Source of the DNA: an archaeon
Lineage (GTDB): Archaea; Iainarchaeota; Iainarchaeia; Iainarchaeales; 1-14-0-10-31-34
NCBI GenBank assembly: GCA_024277355.1
Contig: JAJRVL010000004.1
Span: forward strand, 264,804-328,803
Direction of reading: 5' to 3'
Length of the DNA stretch: 64,000 bases
Shown here: positions 18,326-27,190 of the stretch, in pieces
Layout: each line of letters opens with the position of its first letter
Numbering within the stretch: the first letter of the stretch is position 1
Position numbers and translations under genes: made by a program
The notes under the pieces: model-generated
The model's database searches: none
What the model was told of the DNA's origin: nothing
What the model saw: the letters and a program-made list of their open reading frames with translations, nothing else

Positions 18326-19623
18326 GGATAACTTCTATTCAGTGTTCTAGGGAAAGGAATTGTATCTTTAATTGAATCTAATTTGCAAATCCATCTTAAT
18401 AATCTTTCAATACCGATTCCAAAACCTGAATGAGGAACACTTCCATATTTTCTTAAATCCAGATACCATTGATAGTTTTCCAAAGGAATTTTTTCTTTCT
18501 TTAATTTTTTAAGCATGTTTTCATTTATGTCTTCTCTTTGTCCGCCGGTACATAATTCTCCATAACCTTCAGGCCCTATTAAATCAAAACTATAACATTT
18601 TTTTGAGTCAGGCATTTCTTTTGCATAAAAAGCTTTTATTTTTGTAGGATAACCATAAATAAAAAAAGGAATTTTTTCATCCTGAGACAAAATTTTTTCT
18701 TCTTTAATGCTTAAATCAATTCCCCAAGGAATTTTCTTTTTGTATTTTTTTTCAAGTATTTCTAATGCTTCATCATAAGACATTTTTGCAAAAGGAGTTC
18801 TTATTGCCTTTAAGTCAGCTAAATCTCTTCCTAAAACTTTTAATTCTTCAGGGTTTTCTTCAGCTATTTTTTGACAAACAAAAGAAACCATTTTTTCTAT
18901 TTCATGCATTTGGTCATCCATGTTCATCCATGCACATTCTCCTTCTAAATGCCAGTATTCTGTTAAATGCCTTGCAGTTTTTGATTTTTCTGCCCTAAAA
19001 GAAGGAGTTAAACCAAAAACTTTTCCTAAAGCAAAAATCATTACTTCTAAATACATTTGTCCTGATTGAGAAAGATATCTTTCTTTACCAAAATATTTTA
19101 ATGGAAATAAAGTTGTTCCTCCTTCACAGGCATTAGGAGTAATCATTGCGGGACTGCATTCAAAATAATTTTCTTTTTTGTAAAATTCTCTTACAGCATA
19201 CATCAAAGTAGAACGGATTTTCATTATTGCCTGCATTTTACTGCTTCGCATCCATAAATGCCTTACATCCAATAAGAATTCTTCACTTAAATCTTTTTGT
19301 ATTGGAAAATTAATGCTTTCTCCTATTAATTTTAATTCTTCAGCCATTAATTCAAATCCAGAAGGAGCTCTTGAATCTTCCTTTAATTTTCCGGTTAATT
19401 CAACTGAAGCTTCAATGCTTTGTTTGCTTAATTTTTCAAATTCTTTTTTATCAATTTTTTCTGGTTCAATAATGCATTGAATTTCTCCTGTTTCATCTCT
19501 TAATAAAAGAAAAATTTTTTCTTTTAAATCTCTTTTTCTTTTAATCCATCCTCTGACTGAAACAAGTCCTTTTTTTTCAAAAGCTTTTTTTATTGAAATA
19601 AATTCTTTTTCCATTAATATCAC
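18322..19623 (-). CDS. asnS: asparaginyl-tRNA synthetase (class IIb, archaeal/eukaryotic type)
   Basis: N-terminal OB fold. Motif 2 FRAEKSKTARHLTEYWHLEGE, motif 3 GFGIGIERLLRW and the AsnRS-typical C-terminus IPFPRT. Confidence 0.8.
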   Translation of the reverse strand: MILMEKEFISIKKAFEKKGLVSVRGWIKRKRDLKEKIFLLLRDETGEIQCIIEPEKIDKKEFEKLSKQSIEASVELTGKLKEDSRAPSGFELMAEELKLIGESINFPIQKDLSEEFLLDVRHLWMRSSKMQAIMKIRSTLMYAVREFYKKENYFECSPAMITPNACEGGTTLFPLKYFGKERYLSQSGQMYLEVMIFALGKVFGLTPSFRAEKSKTARHLTEYWHLEGECAWMNMDDQMHEIEKMVSFVCQKIAEENPEELKVLGRDLADLKAIRTPFAKMSYDEALEILEKKYKKKIPWGIDLSIKEEKILSQDEKIPFFIYGYPTKIKAFYAKEMPDSKKCYSFDLIGPEGYGELCTGGQREDINENMLKKLKKEKIPLENYQWYLDLRKYGSVPHSGFGIGIERLLRWICKLDSIKDTIPFPRTLNRSYP

Positions 19624-19665
19624 TTCATTAATTTTTGTTAGGTTAAAAATTTAAACTAATTTTAA

Positions 19666-19831
19666 CGCCCTAGAAAGGATTTGAACCTTTGACCTTCCGG
19701 TATCTGCTTTCACATAGGTGGAATAAGGCACGGCATAAAGCCGTGCTAGCGCTACTTTATGTAGCGCACACGCGTCAACCGAGTGAGCGGTTGTTTAACA
19801 GCCGGATGCTCTACCACTAAGCTACCAGAGC
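19666..19831 (-). tRNA. tRNA-Asn (anticodon GUU) with a 94-nt intron (19701..19794) after the anticodon loop
   Basis: Exon 1 is GCTCTGGTAGCTTAGTGGTAGAGCATCCGGCTGTTAA and exon 2 is CCGGAAGGTCAAAGGTTCAAATCCTTTCTAGGGCG. The anticodon stem TCCGG/CCGGA re-forms only after removal of the intervening GC-hairpin-rich segment. Confidence 0.8.
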
Positions 19832-19841
19832 AAAAAAAAAT

Positions 19842-20561
19842 TCAGAAAACTATTTTTTGTCCGGGAATTCTTGGAAACAAAGTAACGTCTTTTATGTGTT
19901 GTTTTCCACTTAAAAACCTTACAAGCCTTTCAACCCCAAAACCTCCTCCAGCAGTAGGCTTTAACATTCCTTTTTCTGCAACAGAAAGATAAGAATCAAA
20001 TGCTTTTAAGTCAGTTTTTCTTTCAAGCATTTTTTTCTTTATTGTCATAAATTCAAATTCTCTTTCTCCGCCAGATAAAGCTTCACCAAACCCTTCAGGA
20101 TAAACTAAATCATAGTTAATGTGTTTTCCTGTTATTTCATCCTGTTTGTCATAAAATTCACGGTAATAATCTGTAATCCAAAAAGGGAATTTTTCTTTTT
20201 CTGAAACAATTGCTTCAAAATCTTCTCCAAATTTTTCTTTTAATTTAACTGAATCAAAAACCTTGAAAGGTTCTTTCAAAAAAGGAATTTCTCTTTTTAA
20301 TTCACTTAATTCTTTTTCACATTCAGTTTTAACAAAAGAAAAAACATAAGTAAACAATTCTTCAGTAAAATCCATGAATTGTCTTGAAGAAGTTTCCTTT
20401 AATTCAATGTCAACCTGTGAAAATTCAATTAAATGTCTTTTGCTTTCAGATAAAGATTCTTTTTCTAATCTTACGTTAGGAGAAACAATATAAATTCCTT
20501 TAGCAAAGTCAGCCATTAAAACTAACTGTTTATGCAAAATCATGCTTTTAGTTAATTCCAA
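19842..20561 (-). CDS. AsnRS-like catalytic core without anticodon-binding domain, interpreted as archaeal-type asparagine synthetase A (AsnA-like). This is the C-terminal part of a frameshifted gene.
   Basis: Contains HLIEFSQVDIE (motif 2 region) and GGGFGVERLVRFL...LFPR (motif 3). The ORF-track start is a TTG, not an ATG, and the frame stays open upstream to a TGA. Confidence 0.6.
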   Translation of the reverse strand: MELTKSMILHKQLVLMADFAKGIYIVSPNVRLEKESLSESKRHLIEFSQVDIELKETSSRQFMDFTEELFTYVFSFVKTECEKELSELKREIPFLKEPFKVFDSVKLKEKFGEDFEAIVSEKEKFPFWITDYYREFYDKQDEITGKHINYDLVYPEGFGEALSGGEREFEFMTIKKKMLERKTDLKAFDSYLSVAEKGMLKPTAGGGFGVERLVRFLSGKQHIKDVTLFPRIPGQKIVF

Positions 20562-20569
20562 TTTCTGCC

Positions 20570-20785
20570 CTAAATATCAATTGAAGAATCATAAACTGAA
20601 TGACTTAAAGGATCAGTTAAAGGAGAAAGCATCACAGGCATTAAATGCAATACTTTTTTTGAATACATAAAAGTATCAATAGCCTTTAATGCAGCTGACT
20701 GGATTTTCAGAATATGCTTTAATTCTGGTTTCATTAAATGCTGGATTGTTTTTTCCATTTTTATCACCTGAAATAAATGCACCAA
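20570..20785 (-). CDS. N-terminal fragment (71 aa) of the same AsnA-like gene, in a different frame
   Basis: Its motif-1-like segment HLMPVMLSPLTDPLSHSVYDSSIDI precedes the catalytic core. The two ORFs are 8 nt apart. One extra T in the TTT run near 20571-20576 would fuse them. Confidence 0.5.
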   Translation of the reverse strand: MVHLFQVIKMEKTIQHLMKPELKHILKIQSAALKAIDTFMYSKKVLHLMPVMLSPLTDPLSHSVYDSSIDI

Positions 20786-20873
20786 AAGAACTATTTAAAT
20801 AAAATCCAAAAAAAAAGGGAAAAATTACAAAAAACACAACAATTTAAATGGTTTATGGAACATATGTTTCAAA

Positions 20874-21308
20874 ATGGAAGATAAAAGCGAACAAATACTT
20901 GAGTTTTTAAGGAATAACAGCAAGCTTTCTTTAAGACAAATAGCCAAAAAAGCAGGAATTCCATTAACTACCGCCCATAACAGAATAAAAAAAATGCAGA
21001 AAGAAGGAGTAATAAAAAATTATTCTGTTGAAGTGGATTACTCTAAATTAGGGTTAAGTTTATGCGCTTATATTATGGCTTCAGTTAAATATGATGCAAT
21101 GCATAAATCACAGCAGGAAATTGCAAAAAAAATTTTAAAATTAAGTTTTGTCAAATCAGTGGATATTATTACCGGTGGATTTGATTTATTAATTAAAGTA
21201 AGAGCAAAAAATATTTCTCAGTTAAACAAATTAATTACAAAAGAATTAAGAAATGTCGAAGGAATAGACAAAACCACTACCATGATTGTATTAGAAGAAA
21301 TAAATTAA
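20874..21308 (+). CDS. Lrp/AsnC family transcriptional regulator
   Basis: 144 aa. N-terminal HTH LSLRQIAKKAGIPLTTAHNRIKKM and a C-terminal RAM domain. It is divergent from the asnA-like gene, as in the classical asnC-asnA arrangement. Confidence 0.8.
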   Translation: MEDKSEQILEFLRNNSKLSLRQIAKKAGIPLTTAHNRIKKMQKEGVIKNYSVEVDYSKLGLSLCAYIMASVKYDAMHKSQQEIAKKILKLSFVKSVDIITGGFDLLIKVRAKNISQLNKLITKELRNVEGIDKTTTMIVLEEIN

Positions 21309-21312
21309 ATTT

Positions 21313-22293
21313 TTATTTTTTTAATTTAATGTTTAATTCATCTAATTGTTTTTCTGAAACTTTACTTGGAGCTTCTTCTAATAAACCCATTGCATTTTTG
21401 TTTTTTGGAAAAGCAATTACTTCTCGAATTGAATTACTTTCAGTTAAAATCATTATTAATCTATCTAATCCAATTGCAAAACCTCCATGAGGAGGAGCAC
21501 CATACTGAAATGCTTCCAATAAAAAACCAAATTTTTGTTTTGCCTGCTTTTCATTTATTCCCAAAAAATCAAATATTTTTTGCTGGGTTTTAGGATTATG
21601 AATTCTAATTGATCCTGAACCTAATTCAGTTCCATTTAAAACTAAATCATAAGAACGGCTTCTGATTGATAATAAATCTTTTTTATTTTTTGATTCAAGT
21701 TTTTTTTCATCTTCTTTGTTAAACTGAGTAAAAGGATGATGACATGGAACAATTTCTTTTTCGTCATTTAATTCAAATAAAGGAAAATCCGTAACCCACA
21801 AAAAAGAATTCTTTAATTTTGTTTCTTTTCTTGTATCAGGTTTATCTGTTTTGTATTTTTCCATTGCTTTACTATAAGTTATTCTTGGAAAAGGAATTTT
21901 TAAGTCTTCATTTAATGCATTTTTAAAAACAAACTGCATTGTTTTTTCAAGCAAAGAATAAACATCTTCTTCTTCAACAAAACTCATTTCCAAATCCAAT
22001 TGAGTAAATTCAGGCTGCCTGTCTCCTCTTAAATCTTCATCCCTGAAACATCTTGCAATCTGAAAGTATTTGTCAAAACCTGAAACCATTAATAACTGCT
22101 TGTATAATTGAGGACTTTGAGGCAAAGCAAAAAAACTTCCATTAAATTTTCTGCTTGGAACTAAATAATCTCTTGCACCTTCAGGAGTGCTTTTAGATAA
22201 AATTGGAGTTTCAATTTCCAAAAAATCCTGCGAATCAAAAAAATCTCTCATTGATTTAATTATTTTATGTCTTAATAACAAATTATTAAACAT
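21313..22293 (-). CDS. aspS: aspartyl-tRNA synthetase catalytic domain (bacterial-type, no GAD insertion). This is the C-terminal part of a frameshifted gene.
   Basis: Contains [48 protein letters not shown] and AFPK. Confidence 0.8.
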   Translation of the reverse strand: MFNNLLLRHKIIKSMRDFFDSQDFLEIETPILSKSTPEGARDYLVPSRKFNGSFFALPQSPQLYKQLLMVSGFDKYFQIARCFRDEDLRGDRQPEFTQLDLEMSFVEEEDVYSLLEKTMQFVFKNALNEDLKIPFPRITYSKAMEKYKTDKPDTRKETKLKNSFLWVTDFPLFELNDEKEIVPCHHPFTQFNKEDEKKLESKNKKDLLSIRSRSYDLVLNGTELGSGSIRIHNPKTQQKIFDFLGINEKQAKQKFGFLLEAFQYGAPPHGGFAIGLDRLIMILTESNSIREVIAFPKNKNAMGLLEEAPSKVSEKQLDELNIKLKK

Positions 22294-22694
22294 TTTTTTC
22301 TTCTTAAATCTAAATACCTGTATTTTAATCTTGTATCTTCATTTGCTTTTACTTCATCTTCTATTGCAAAAGGAATTGGTTCAGCTGAATTTAATACTTC
22401 AATACTTTCAGCACTAACTTCAATTGTTCCTGTTTCAATTTTTGGATTAGAATCAGGTCTTTTTTTTACTGTTCCTTTAATTCTTAAAACAAATTCATTT
22501 AACAAAGAAGAAACTATTTCATCAGTTTTTTTGTCTTTTCTTGAAATAAAAATCTGAGTTAAACCAGTTTTATCCCTTAAATCAATAAAAGCAAATTTTT
22601 TTTGGGCACGAATTGAATTAATCCATCCTTCTAACACTACTTTTTTTCCTGTGTCTTTTTCTCTTAATTCACCGCAAAAATGAGTTCGATTCAT
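22272..22694 (-). CDS. aspS: aspartyl-tRNA synthetase N-terminal anticodon-binding OB-fold domain, in a different frame from the catalytic domain
   Basis: It ends ...[13 protein letters not shown], then runs into a spurious tail. The downstream ORF starts [19 protein letters not shown]. The join falls exactly at an A7/T7 homopolymer (plus-strand T run 22293-22299). With 8 rather than 7 bases the reading is the consensus [13 protein letters not shown]... Confidence 0.75.
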   Translation of the reverse strand: MNRTHFCGELREKDTGKKVVLEGWINSIRAQKKFAFIDLRDKTGLTQIFISRKDKKTDEIVSSLLNEFVLRIKGTVKKRPDSNPKIETGTIEVSAESIEVLNSAEPIPFAIEDEVKANEDTRLKYRYLDLRRKKCLIICY

Positions 22695-22763
22695 TTAACC
22701 ACTTTTTAAATTATATTAAAGTTTTATTTTAAAATGAATTGTTTCTGCATAATTTCCTTATTT

Positions 22764-23939
22764 TTAATTCATTATACCTGGATATTTTTTTATATAATAA
22801 TCCAACGCTAAAGGAAAAGCCACTGTAGTTAAAATTGTAACTAAAATAATTGCAGTGTAAAGTTCCTGAGGAAAACCAATGTCTTGCTTTAATACAATTG
22901 CAAGAATAACTAATTCAATAAAACCCCTTGAATTCATTCCCCAACCAACTAAAGTTAACTGCCTAAAATTAAGTTTACTAAACGGCTTAACAATTAAAGC
23001 TCCAAGCATTTTTCCTGTAAAAGCAATAAACAAAACTCCAATAATTATTAAAGGATTAATAACTAAATTCAATAAGTTTGCATTTAATCCAATATGTAAA
23101 TGAAAAAAAGGAATAATCAAAGCAAAAGTTACAACCTTTAAATGATTTTCAATTGCATGCTCTACTTTTTCTGACTTAATTGCTTTCTTTAAAAGAAAAC
23201 CTGCAACTAACGCTCCTGCAATAGTTCCTAAAGACAAAACTGAAGCCAAAAAAGCAATTCCTAAAGCAATTAATACAGCTAAAGTAAAATAACCATCTTC
23301 ACTTTCCTGCTTAAATAAACTAAAAAACCTTGGAAGAAGTTTTAATGCAATAAAAACTGCAACAAAAAAACCAATTATTTCAAAAGGAATTAAAGCTAAA
23401 TCAGTTCCAGTTTGGTTTCCAACAAACAAAAGAATTACAGATAAAAAAATTAATTCAAAAAAATCATCTACTGCTCCAGCCAAAAGCATTATTTCTCCTA
23501 ATCTTGTTTTAATTACATTTTTCTGCATTAAAACAATTGATTTTGTTGCTTCAGAAGTAACAGATAAAGCTGCTCCTGCAATAAAAGCAAAAAGCAATGA
23601 ATTCCAGATTAAAAAAACAAAAATAAACCCTAAAATAAAAGGAATTAAAACAGAGAAAAAAGAAATAATCAAAACATCTTTAGAACATTCCTTTATTTTT
23701 TTTAAGTCAACTTCCAGTCCAGTTAAAATTAACAGAAAAATTACTCCTAATTCAGATAAAACTAAAATCATTGAATTGCTTTCTAAAGGAATCAAACCAG
23801 TAAAAAAAGGCAGACCTAAAACTAATCCAGCAACAATTTGCCCAATACTTCTAGGCAAATGAAACCTGAAAAAAATTTCTCCAAAAACAAATGCAGCTAA
23901 AATTACTACAAAAAATAAAAGCAAATTTGGTTCAACCAT
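22764..23939 (-). CDS. monovalent cation:proton antiporter, CPA2 family (second copy in the window)
   Basis: 391 aa, polytopic. Na_H_Exchanger-type N-terminus GEIFFRFHLPRSIGQIVAGLVLG. Confidence 0.75.
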   Translation of the reverse strand: MVEPNLLLFFVVILAAFVFGEIFFRFHLPRSIGQIVAGLVLGLPFFTGLIPLESNSMILVLSELGVIFLLILTGLEVDLKKIKECSKDVLIISFFSVLIPFILGFIFVFLIWNSLLFAFIAGAALSVTSEATKSIVLMQKNVIKTRLGEIMLLAGAVDDFFELIFLSVILLFVGNQTGTDLALIPFEIIGFFVAVFIALKLLPRFFSLFKQESEDGYFTLAVLIALGIAFLASVLSLGTIAGALVAGFLLKKAIKSEKVEHAIENHLKVVTFALIIPFFHLHIGLNANLLNLVINPLIIIGVLFIAFTGKMLGALIVKPFSKLNFRQLTLVGWGMNSRGFIELVILAIVLKQDIGFPQELYTAIILVTILTTVAFPLALDYYIKKYPGIMN

Positions 23940-23988
23940 TTAATTACCTTTAATGAATACAGCAAAGGCATAAATAACTCTTTCGTTA

Positions 23989-24972
23989 TCAAAAATCAAG
24001 TAAATTGCTTTGGCCTTTTTCATCTAAAGGCCTTGCATTAATTCCAAGCTTTCTTCTAATAGAAGACGCTAACTCTTTTGCAAAACCATGATTAGTTAAA
24101 ACATTTTTTGGATTAGATTTTTCAACATATTCAAGCAGTTGATTAAAATCTGCATGATCAGATAAAGGAAAAGCCTTAAAACCAAAATTTCCTTTCCAGC
24201 CGGAAGCAAAAACAGGAGAAATTTTTCTTCCTGAAGAAATTTCTAATGCTTTAATTAAATCAGGTTTAATTAAATGAGGAGGCAGAATCAAAACATTAAA
24301 TTCTTTTAAGTTATGATCAAGCAATTCAAATTTGCCTAAATCAACTCCATTTTTTTTGTAAACATTATTTGGCTTTAAAATTGATTCATGAATTAAAGGA
24401 ATTTCATTTAAGAATTCATTTGAAATTTTAGTTAATTCCTGTGCTTTGCCAATCGAATAACCTCCTAAAATCAGCAATTTGTTTTCTTTTAATTCATATT
24501 TTGCATATTTTTCTAATTCTTCATAAATTTTATTTCTTTCAGGGAAAACAAAATCAGGTAAACCAAAAGTTGATTCAATAACTAAAGTTTCTGCTTCAAG
24601 GATTTTTGCACCCTTAAATAAAACTGAATCACTTAACTTGAAATCAGAAGTAAAAACTATCTCCCCTGAATTAACCTGAATTTGTGAACTTCCAAGAATA
24701 TGCCCTGAAGAAAAAAAAGAAAATTCATTTCCTTCAACTGAAAACTTTTTTTTAAATGGAATCTCTTTTGCATTAAATTCTTTTTTTTCTCTTACTTTAA
24801 TTAATTCATTTGTTTCTGAAGTTAAAAAAAAAGTTTTTTCTTTTGATTTACATACTTTTGCATGATCTGAATGAGCATGAGTTATAATGCAGTTATTCTT
24901 TTTAGGAGAAGAACTGGGATCAATTAAGATTTCTTCAAACAAAATACCCTTAGAATGCTTTATTTTCACCAT
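23989..24972 (-). CDS. metallo-beta-lactamase fold hydrolase
   Basis: Contains the CIITHAHSDH zinc-binding motif near the N-terminus. 327 aa. Confidence 0.6.
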   Translation of the reverse strand: MVKIKHSKGILFEEILIDPSSSPKKNNCIITHAHSDHAKVCKSKEKTFFLTSETNELIKVREKKEFNAKEIPFKKKFSVEGNEFSFFSSGHILGSSQIQVNSGEIVFTSDFKLSDSVLFKGAKILEAETLVIESTFGLPDFVFPERNKIYEELEKYAKYELKENKLLILGGYSIGKAQELTKISNEFLNEIPLIHESILKPNNVYKKNGVDLGKFELLDHNLKEFNVLILPPHLIKPDLIKALEISSGRKISPVFASGWKGNFGFKAFPLSDHADFNQLLEYVEKSNPKNVLTNHGFAKELASSIRRKLGINARPLDEKGQSNLLDF

Positions 24973-25035
24973 AAAAAAAGAAAAAAGAAATAAAAATATA
25001 AACCAGAAGCCTCTAATAAATAAAAAGGGACTAAA

Positions 25036-26142
25036 ATGGAAAGAATACTTGACACTTTAATGATTAAACTGAATGAACTTCACGAAATGATTACAGGAAA
25101 TGAATGGAAACATTATTCAAGAAAAAGTTTTGTTCATGCATTAAATCAAAGCATTGCAAGATTAGAAGAAACCGTTGAAATAATAGAAGAATTACATAAA
25201 AGAATTGAATCTGAACCTTCAGTTGATTCCCCTGATTTAACGCCGTTAATTAAAAGTTATAATAAAACATTAATTTCACTTAGAAGAAATGTTATTTTAG
25301 AAGAAGCAAAAAAAGAAGTGCCTTTTGACTTAAAAGATAAAACTGAAGTACCAGAATTATATGCTTTTATTGGACAAAAAATAATGTCTTTACTTTTAAA
25401 AACAAGATTTGTGCTTGAAAGAGTTCATTTGCACGCAGTAAGAGAAAGAGTTACACCAGAACAGGAAAAAGCTACAGCTAAAAACATTTTATCTTTGCTT
25501 CAGACAAAAGAAAAAGAATTTGAAGAACTAAAAGAAAAATACGAAAAATTAAGGCATAAAAGTTTAAGTATCCCAACAGGAGAAAAAAATATTGCAGAAA
25601 CAGAAAAAGAATTCAATTCATTAATAAGAAAAATTGAAACTGAAACCGAATTAATTGAAAACCACTTTACTTACTTCAGAAAAAAAATGGAGTCAATTAA
25701 TTCAGAGTTTAATTCTTTAAGGCTGAAAAGCAAAGTAATTGAAAATCTTGCAAACGAAACATCAGAAAAAGGAAGCGAATTAATTTCAATTCTAAAAACA
25801 GAAAGAGATAATGCAAAACAAATGTTAATGGAAATTGAATCAGAATCCCTTTCATTAAGAGGAATGTATTCAAAAGAATTACTGAAATTAAATGAAAGCA
25901 AAATTCAGGCAAAAAAAGAAATAGAAAAAGAATTAAGAGAAAAAATGTTAATGGAAAAAGATGCAATCAAAGAAAAAAGCAAGTTATTAGAACAATTTGA
26001 ACAAATAATTGACGACAGAAATAAAAGAATAAATGAATTAGAAAAAGAATTAGGATACAAAAAAGCAAAAAAAATGTTAGATGACGCTTTAAAGCCAAAA
26101 AAGAAATCTAAAAAAAAAGAAAAAATAAACAAAAAAAACTAA
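25036..26142 (+). CDS. coiled-coil protein with a lysine-rich C-terminus (hypothetical)
   Basis: 368 aa. Heptad-rich and E/K-rich throughout. No enzymatic motif. Confidence 0.5.
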   Translation: MERILDTLMIKLNELHEMITGNEWKHYSRKSFVHALNQSIARLEETVEIIEELHKRIESEPSVDSPDLTPLIKSYNKTLISLRRNVILEEAKKEVPFDLKDKTEVPELYAFIGQKIMSLLLKTRFVLERVHLHAVRERVTPEQEKATAKNILSLLQTKEKEFEELKEKYEKLRHKSLSIPTGEKNIAETEKEFNSLIRKIETETELIENHFTYFRKKMESINSEFNSLRLKSKVIENLANETSEKGSELISILKTERDNAKQMLMEIESESLSLRGMYSKELLKLNESKIQAKKEIEKELREKMLMEKDAIKEKSKLLEQFEQIIDDRNKRINELEKELGYKKAKKMLDDALKPKKKSKKKEKINKKN

Positions 26143-26233
26143 TTAAAAGAAAAATAAACAAAAATAATTAAAAAAACAGAAAAACTAATTAAATAAAAAA
26201 TCAAAAAAATAGAATTTAATTAAAATTATTTTT

Positions 26234-26659
26234 TTATTTTACTTCAATCCAGAACCAAATTGAATAAGGTTCTTCTTCGTTTTCCTTAAAAACTTCAATT
26301 AAAACTTTTTCTTTTCCGTCAGTTAATTCATTAAAAATAATTTCCACTTCAATTCTGTTTTTTTGTTTGTCTTCAAGAATAAAAGAATCAGATAAAAATT
26401 CTTCTCCTTTAACTGAAATAACATAAGAATAATTCACTGCTTTTCCTTCTCTGTTATCTATTTCAAATTCAATTGGAATTTTTTCTCCTATAACCGCAGA
26501 ATTAACTATTTTATCTGGAATTAAATAAACCTGAGTAAAAGTTTCAGGTTTAACATTTAAATAAGAATAAACTAACAAAAGCCCTAAAACTACAATTAAA
26601 ACTATCACTAAGCCTTTAAACAAAAAACTATCCATTTTTTCTTCTGGAATCATATTCAT
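26234..26659 (-). CDS. hypothetical membrane-anchored protein (single N-terminal TM, extracytoplasmic beta-rich domain)
   Basis: 141-aa ORF with a TM helix at residues about 15-35. Confidence 0.45.
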   Translation of the reverse strand: MNMIPEEKMDSFLFKGLVIVLIVVLGLLLVYSYLNVKPETFTQVYLIPDKIVNSAVIGEKIPIEFEIDNREGKAVNYSYVISVKGEEFLSDSFILEDKQKNRIEVEIIFNELTDGKEKVLIEVFKENEEEPYSIWFWIEVK

Positions 26660-26753
26660 AATAATAAATCAAATAGTATTTAATTGTTTTTAAATTTGTT
26701 TTTCATTAAAACAGAAAACAATAAATACCTGAAAGATTAATAGTATTCCTATT

Positions 26754-27110
26754 ATGGCTCAAATAATAAATTTCTTTATTCATATAATTACATTTCTCTT
26801 TATTTTAATTCCTTTATTTCTCCTGTATAGAATTAAATCCAAAGAATACTCAAAATTAATAGGAATAAAATCAAAAAATAAATTAATTAAATCCCTTAAT
26901 CTTATTGTATTAGGATTTATTCCAATTGCATTAATTCATTTATTTGAAGCACTTTCAGTTTACGGAATTAATATACTTCCTCATGAAACCACTTTGTTTC
27001 ATATGACTGCAGAACACCTTGCATTAATAATTGCATTTATTTCCATCAGCTTTTTTCTGCTTAAATTTGAACAGACTTTAACTGAATTAAAAGATGCTTT
27101 ATGCAAATAA
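26754..27110 (+). CDS. hypothetical membrane protein (3-4 TM)
   Basis: 118-aa hydrophobic ORF. Confidence 0.4.
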   Translation: MAQIINFFIHIITFLFILIPLFLLYRIKSKEYSKLIGIKSKNKLIKSLNLIVLGFIPIALIHLFEALSVYGINILPHETTLFHMTAEHLALIIAFISISFFLLKFEQTLTELKDALCK

Positions 27111-27190
27111 ACTTTTAGAAAAAAAAGCTTTATCAAAACAACTGTTTCGGCAGTTGAGTGCGATGCGCTATCTTTGATAGCGTTGCAATG
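27111..27190. repeat. structured GC-rich element, family A copy 1 (candidate ncRNA or intron-like element)
   Basis: AACTTTTAGAAAAAAAAGCTTTATCAAAACAACTGTTTCGGCAGTTGAGTGCGATGCGCTATCTTTGATAGCGTTGCAATGAAC. Its head is about 90% identical to 49187-49235. It contains the hairpins CAACTG-TTTCGG-CAGTTG and GCGCTATC-TTT-GATAGCG. Confidence 0.6.

Noticed and set aside
19783-19992. 69-aa plus-strand ORF
   Set aside because: It overlaps the tRNA-Asn exon and is antisense to the asnA-like gene, which has the conserved motifs.
25036-26142. Coiled-coil protein as an SMC/Rad50-type ATPase or cell-division ESCRT component
   Set aside because: There is no Walker A/B motif and no Snf7 or zinc-hook motif. Only generic heptad repeats are present, so it is kept as hypothetical.
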